Source: a virus. From it: DNA of 64,000 bases. Numbering within the stretch: position 1 is the first letter of the stretch; the number at the start of each line of letters is the position of its first letter. Under the pieces are notes generated by a model. It worked only from the letters and a program-made list of their open reading frames with translations, made no database searches and was not told where the DNA came from. Positions 59,687 to 64,000 of this stretch are shown here, one piece after another. The stretch spans positions 31,830 through 95,829 of the IMG/VR virus record IMGVR_UViG_3300021197_001928. One strand, 5' to 3'. The translations under genes were made by a program, and so were the position numbers.

Positions 59687-59864
59687 CTATTTCAGTGCAG
59701 AACACCAACCTCCTTAAATCTTCTTGTGGAAAATGTACCACGTAAGAATTTAAAATTTCGCCAAAGTTAATTGACTCCCTTTTTTCAATAACTATGCCAT
59801 ATCCATAATTAATGAACCGATGCTTAACTAGGTCTCCAATGTTAAAATTAATTTTTCTATGCAT
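59646..59864 (-). CDS. Small SH3/KOW-like protein
   Basis: FNIGDLVKH...YGIVI...YVVHF. Confidence 0.6.
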   Translation of the reverse strand: MHRKINFNIGDLVKHRFINYGYGIVIEKRESINFGEILNSYVVHFPQEDLRRLVFCTEIDDAVSNRRHSNKQ

Positions 59865-59879
59865 ATTTATAATTATAAC

Positions 59880-59908
59880 TTGACACAAAGTTTATAGTGT
59901 GTTATAAT
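59880..59908 (+). promoter_or_regulatory. Sigma70-type promoter
   Basis: TTGACA-17 nt-TATAAT, exact consensus. Confidence 0.8.
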
Positions 59909-59924
59909 ATCAAATGGAGAAAAT

Positions 59925-60104
59925 ATGGACAAAGAAAGAAAAGAAAGAATCAAAAAAATGCTTGTGGGAGCCATCACTCACCCTCTAGAGGCATGTGTAG
60001 AGCTTAGTTTTTATATTATATCACTCGCAGTTGGTATATGGATATTAGGCTTTGCTTTATCGTTTTTGGTCAAGATAATGCAGCCAATGATTTTTCTAAC
60101 ATAA
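59925..60104 (+). CDS. Small membrane protein (59 aa, not in ORF track)
   Basis: MDKERKERIKK...FYIISLAVGIWILGFALSFLV; GGAG RBS and a consensus promoter upstream. Confidence 0.7.
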   Translation: MDKERKERIKKMLVGAITHPLEACVELSFYIISLAVGIWILGFALSFLVKIMQPMIFLT

Positions 60105-60137
60105 AAGACTATTTAGGATTATTGGAGAAACCAGAAT

Positions 60138-60914
60138 ATGACTACAAATATGAAACTTATTTTTGAAAATTACAGAAGAGGGATGCTTGCTGAGGAGGAA
60201 GAAGTAGAACCACAGACTGTTGGTTCGCTAGTTGATACTCTAGAGGCACACATACTTGCAAATAGTGATAAATTAAAAAGAGTGGCTAATGCGATTGTTA
60301 AAGCTTTTGAGACCTTTGCTGAAGAGTTCCCTGAAAAAGCTGAGGAGCTAGCAGAAATCACATCAAAAATAACAGAATTGTTTACCGAAATAGCAGCAAA
60401 CGGCTTACGTGCAGTGCTTAAAACCATGGGTAAATCAAAAGTTGTTGAATATTTAAAAATTATGGCAACAAACACAATAATTCAGGAGTTTTTAGCTAAA
60501 AAGGTTGGCGCAAAGGTGTTAAAATTCGTTCTCGAAGAAATGATACCAGCCGCCAAAGTGATTATTTCAACTGGTAGAACAATTATGGGACTATTTAAGG
60601 TCGCAAAGTCAGTTAGAGACGCAGTTGAATCTGGTACTGGGGATCCTAACAAAGCATTTGCCATGATTGTTAAGGATGTAATGACTGCCGAGGACAATAA
60701 AGCAACAACTGCTGGCTTTATGAAGATGCTTAACATTGATGATGAGTGGTCCAAGATGCTGGATAACAAAATTGAAATGGAATTTATCGAACAATCAATT
60801 CAATACATCAGAACAGTCGACCCAAGTACGACTCTAGATAAAATTAATCTAAACCAGAGACTTGTTGCATTCTTAAAGCAAAAATTTGATGGAAGAACAT
60901 TAGCAAAACAATAA
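60138..60914 (+). CDS. Leader-bearing helical protein (MKLIFENYRRGMLAE)
   Basis: 258 aa; ACTATTTAG at 60108-60116 on the sense strand; GGAG RBS. Confidence 0.7.
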   Translation: MTTNMKLIFENYRRGMLAEEEEVEPQTVGSLVDTLEAHILANSDKLKRVANAIVKAFETFAEEFPEKAEELAEITSKITELFTEIAANGLRAVLKTMGKSKVVEYLKIMATNTIIQEFLAKKVGAKVLKFVLEEMIPAAKVIISTGRTIMGLFKVAKSVRDAVESGTGDPNKAFAMIVKDVMTAEDNKATTAGFMKMLNIDDEWSKMLDNKIEMEFIEQSIQYIRTVDPSTTLDKINLNQRLVAFLKQKFDGRTLAKQ

Positions 60915-60921
60915 ATTTTAC

Positions 60922-60950
60922 TTGACAAAACCTCCTTAACAGGTTATATT
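60922..60950 (+). promoter_or_regulatory. Sigma70-type promoter
   Basis: TTGACA-17 nt-TATATT. Confidence 0.7.
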
Positions 60951-60967
60951 GTATAAGAGAGGTAATT

Positions 60968-61849
60968 ATGTTTTATATTTTGTTTGCGTTTTTATATGCA
61001 TGCAGTTCTGACGTGTCTGTGATCAAAAGGATAACCGAAGAAACGGGAGAAAAAGAATCCGGTATTGAGCCGGGTGTCGGACCATCTACGGAACCTGATT
61101 TGCCACCACCGCCCATTGAAGGGAATGGTGGGTATATTCACTATTATCTACGACAGATTGCATGTCCCGCCTGCGTTGGGGAGCAACAAGAACTCCTCGT
61201 GGAGTTCGGAGCCAAATTTTTTCAACCTACTAACGAAAATCACACGGATTGGATACCTCCTTTAGGAGAGTGTGTTGATCAATTGCTCATAACGAGCCCT
61301 TCAACAAACAAAATAGATGTTGGTGAGTCCCTTACAATAACAGGGCCGGTACATTCATTCATTGCTCAAAAGCAAGGAGACGAATATTATGCCCAGATCT
61401 ATGAGACACAGTATGATAGGAACTCAATCCACAATGTGTCTATACCGTCCGAGGATGCCGAAATTCAGTTCTTATCCATGGAAGGGTATGATTACATAGA
61501 ACCGCAAGAAATGCTGTATATTGACCCTTCTTATGCGTTCTCTGCCCCTATCTATAGGACGGGGATGACGTTTAGCTGGGCTCCCTATGATACCTCTCGT
61601 ACATACATGATATTATTAGCTGTATACTCCTCAGACGGATCACAATTGCTGGGTTACTCAGTTTGTACAGGTCCCGATCAGGGGTTTCTTGCATTTCCCG
61701 CATCAGCGTTACAGTCCTTTCCTTACGGGTCTCTAGTCTTGATTCATTTGTCTCGTCACCAAATTGACTTTTTTCCTTATGAACCGATGGGATCTCATAT
61801 TGAAACCCATATGGAGTGGGAAGTTATAGGAACAGGCTATATGCAGTAG
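60968..61849 (+). CDS. Lipoprotein, function unknown
   Basis: Lipobox LYAC-SSD, Pro-rich linker, CPAC; GAGG RBS. Confidence 0.75.
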   Translation: MFYILFAFLYACSSDVSVIKRITEETGEKESGIEPGVGPSTEPDLPPPPIEGNGGYIHYYLRQIACPACVGEQQELLVEFGAKFFQPTNENHTDWIPPLGECVDQLLITSPSTNKIDVGESLTITGPVHSFIAQKQGDEYYAQIYETQYDRNSIHNVSIPSEDAEIQFLSMEGYDYIEPQEMLYIDPSYAFSAPIYRTGMTFSWAPYDTSRTYMILLAVYSSDGSQLLGYSVCTGPDQGFLAFPASALQSFPYGSLVLIHLSRHQIDFFPYEPMGSHIETHMEWEVIGTGYMQ

Positions 61850-61853
61850 CTTT

Positions 61854-62498
61854 TTATTTTTCTCGCATATGCATTGGAACAGGATTATATAGAATTCCAT
61901 TTATTTCACGAATTTTTCCGTCCTCAATGTATTTTTGAATTTCCCCGACGATTAATCTATACAACTCAGGAGCATATGACATCCACTCAGCGTTGAATCT
62001 TTCTTGATCTGCCCCGCCACCCTCGGAATTTTTGTATTCTTCCCAGTTCATGGAATATAAATGGTCCATCATAAACCTTTGTTCCGTAGTGGCCAGTTGT
62101 TCCTTGGTTATGTGCATCGGTTCCCAGTATCCTTGACCTTGCATTGGGTTTTTCACGTACTGGTCCAAGTTAACACCTTGGTTTTGCCAATAGCGAATTC
62201 TGTTTCTTGTTGGAAGGTTCTGAATTCCGCTGATTGTTTCTCTAATGAACTTGGGAATCAATCTGGCACCTTGAAATTCAAGTTTATGAGCCATGCTTTC
62301 CTCGGAACCCATAGCCGAAGCTAATTCATATGAGGAAACATAATCCTCATAATCCCCGCTTGACTCTATATTGTCGAGTTTGCCCATTATTTCATCGTCA
62401 AAGCCAGCAGCCTTTCTAGCCATAAAGCGCCTAGAATTGGTTACCTCGTTTATTTCTTCGATGATAATTTTCCGTAATTGTTTTGTTGTTAACTTCAT
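61854..62498 (-). CDS. Leader-bearing protein (MKLTTKQLRKIIIEE)
   Basis: Shared leader; 214 aa. Confidence 0.7.
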   Translation of the reverse strand: MKLTTKQLRKIIIEEINEVTNSRRFMARKAAGFDDEIMGKLDNIESSGDYEDYVSSYELASAMGSEESMAHKLEFQGARLIPKFIRETISGIQNLPTRNRIRYWQNQGVNLDQYVKNPMQGQGYWEPMHITKEQLATTEQRFMMDHLYSMNWEEYKNSEGGGADQERFNAEWMSYAPELYRLIVGEIQKYIEDGKIREINGILYNPVPMHMREK

Positions 62499-62956
62499 TA
62501 TAAAATTCCTTTTTCTTGTAAAAACTCTTGAAACTCTTCCACGTTTTGGAATGCATTGTCGTTCATGTGCTCAACTCCCACCAAGTCAAAAAGCGCTTTC
62601 TTATTTCTACCATAATTTTTAAAAAATTCATCTAATGCTTTTTCGGCCATATCAACTTCACTATAGAAGCCGCTTTGCTGTGCCTGATGGAGTGTATTTT
62701 GCAATCGCTGTTGTTCAGGGTTTGCTCGTATACCAATACTGTTATGCCAAATGCCTTGCGCCAGTTGGCGCTTTAAATCCGGGCCTATGTTATCTAGGTC
62801 AAGCACTTCCATAAAGTCTAGTGCCATCGCCATTTCAGTTTTCATCATATCAATAACCTTCATTACTTCTTGTTCAGTCATTTGGTTATCTTCTTGTATA
62901 ACGTATGCCAATTCTTCTTTTATTATTTGTCTTAATTGTTTTTGTGTCAATTTCAT
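62498..62956 (-). CDS. Leader-bearing protein (MKLTQKQLRQIIKEE)
   Basis: Shared leader; 152 aa. Confidence 0.7.
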   Translation of the reverse strand: MKLTQKQLRQIIKEELAYVIQEDNQMTEQEVMKVIDMMKTEMAMALDFMEVLDLDNIGPDLKRQLAQGIWHNSIGIRANPEQQRLQNTLHQAQQSGFYSEVDMAEKALDEFFKNYGRNKKALFDLVGVEHMNDNAFQNVEEFQEFLQEKGIL

Positions 62957-63303
62957 TTTACTTTTTCCGGGGGATACGCTTCAATTCGAACTTGAGCGTC
63001 GATACAAATAGTATGTTTTTCAATTTCCTCAATCAGGTCGGGGTGTATTTCGAGTATTGATGATGACAGTCTAAACCACCATGTATCCCAAATATTTTTC
63101 CGGTCCCTATCAACCTTCTTGCAGCGAAGCACCATTTGGTGCATTCCTCTCTTAACTTCGAGTTGACTACAGTGTGATTTCCGCAGTTTTTTTTCTAGCC
63201 TAACTAAACAATCAACTCCGCCCATTACACCACGAGCTTTTTCAATTTGTTTATTAGTCGTCATACAACTACCAAGTGTTAATAAAAATAATAAATTGAA
63301 CAT
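62953..63303 (-). CDS. Cys-rich lipoprotein
   Basis: Lipobox LGSC; CTATTTA at 63329-63323 upstream. Confidence 0.7.
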   Translation of the reverse strand: MFNLLFLLTLGSCMTTNKQIEKARGVMGGVDCLVRLEKKLRKSHCSQLEVKRGMHQMVLRCKKVDRDRKNIWDTWWFRLSSSILEIHPDLIEEIEKHTICIDAQVRIEAYPPEKVK

Positions 63304-63372
63304 ATTATACCTTTGTTAGTAGTAAATAGTCTCAAAACCGTGAATTTTTTTTGAAAAATTTTTAAATTTAGT

Positions 63373-63401
63373 TTGACAACTTAAAGCGTTTATGTTATGT
63401 T
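63373..63401 (+). promoter_or_regulatory. Sigma70-type promoter with upstream A/T tracts
   Basis: TTGACA-17 nt-TATGTT with TGn extension. Confidence 0.6.
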
Positions 63402-63431
63402 ATATACATAACGAAACAACAGGAGAAAGTT

Positions 63432-63899
63432 ATGAAACAACAGTTTGAACACACAAAAAATCCAAGAGCGGTCTTCGACAAATTTAAACTTATGTGGCAT
63501 ATAAAAGGAAATTATAGTATACACGAAGGTAAAGTTAAAAAGTCTATTATTCAAAAGCAGGTACCCTATAAAACAATAGAGCTAATTCAGAAAGAACCTA
63601 GTTTAGATCAGTACCTGCGTCTTAGACAAGATTTAATCTATCTTGACGATAATGGTAAAACTAACATCTCAAAAACCAAAGAAAACGTTAGGGATGATTT
63701 AATTAAACTAAAAAAATACCTTGAGGAAGATATGAAGTTAGAAGGGGGCTTTCTAGATCATTGCATTGAGAATGGCTTTGAACACAAGCAACCGCCCCAA
63801 CCAAAACTTAAACGTTTAAACAAAAGAAAACAAAGGAAGTTAGATGAGTTAATGAGTCTAGGGCTCAAGAAAAAAACCCAAATCTCGGAAATTTCTTAG
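63432..63899 (+). CDS. Hypothetical basic protein
   Basis: 155 aa, AGGAG RBS. Confidence 0.7.
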   Translation: MKQQFEHTKNPRAVFDKFKLMWHIKGNYSIHEGKVKKSIIQKQVPYKTIELIQKEPSLDQYLRLRQDLIYLDDNGKTNISKTKENVRDDLIKLKKYLEEDMKLEGGFLDHCIENGFEHKQPPQPKLKRLNKRKQRKLDELMSLGLKKKTQISEIS

Positions 63900-64000
63900 A
63901 TATATTGAATGTACCTCCTTCGTCGCCCCGAAAAACTCCCTTTACTTGGGACTTATTTCATCGTCCATAAGGTCGGGGAGTAGGGGGATCTAGGGGGGAG

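Noticed and set aside
1-64000. tRNA, rRNA, integrase or transposase genes
   Set aside because: None recognised by eye, and intergenic gaps are mostly too short. A tRNAscan/Infernal run would be needed to exclude RNA genes formally.

Overview
The window is a gene-dense, AT-rich segment (roughly 35% GC by eye) of a large contractile-tailed (myovirus/jumbo-type) phage genome in the standard genetic code, mostly on the minus strand. From left to right it holds: (1) a baseplate/tail module (1-23 kb) with two giant virion proteins, T4 gp6-like and gp25-like wedge subunits, a 2228-aa protein and an M23 peptidase hub candidate; (2) a T4 gp55-like late sigma factor; (3) a ~14.5 kb sugar-nucleotide/glycosylation cluster (RmlB, sulfotransferase, split transketolase, nucleotidyltransferase-RpiB fusion, PfkB, KdsC-like, short DegT, GNAT, several glycosyltransferases); (4) a Cas4-like nuclease, zincin proteases, PIN-PhoH, HNH and a eukaryotic-type phosphomannomutase; (5) an accessory region (43-63 kb). 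In that last region at least eight unrelated proteins carry one of two shared N-terminal leaders (MKLTxxxLKQIIKEE or MKLxxExWxxFVNE) ending in L/I/V-x-E, and several lie downstream of a recurring CTATTTA upstream motif. My best candidate for an under-described system is a modular capsid-targeting leader plus swappable cargo array (GNAT, ART-like, helical-repeat and other cargos) that is packaged into the head, matured by a prohead protease and possibly injected. This is inference by analogy with T4 internal proteins. No tRNA, rRNA or CRISPR array was recognised. All product calls come from motif recognition by eye; no database search was run.
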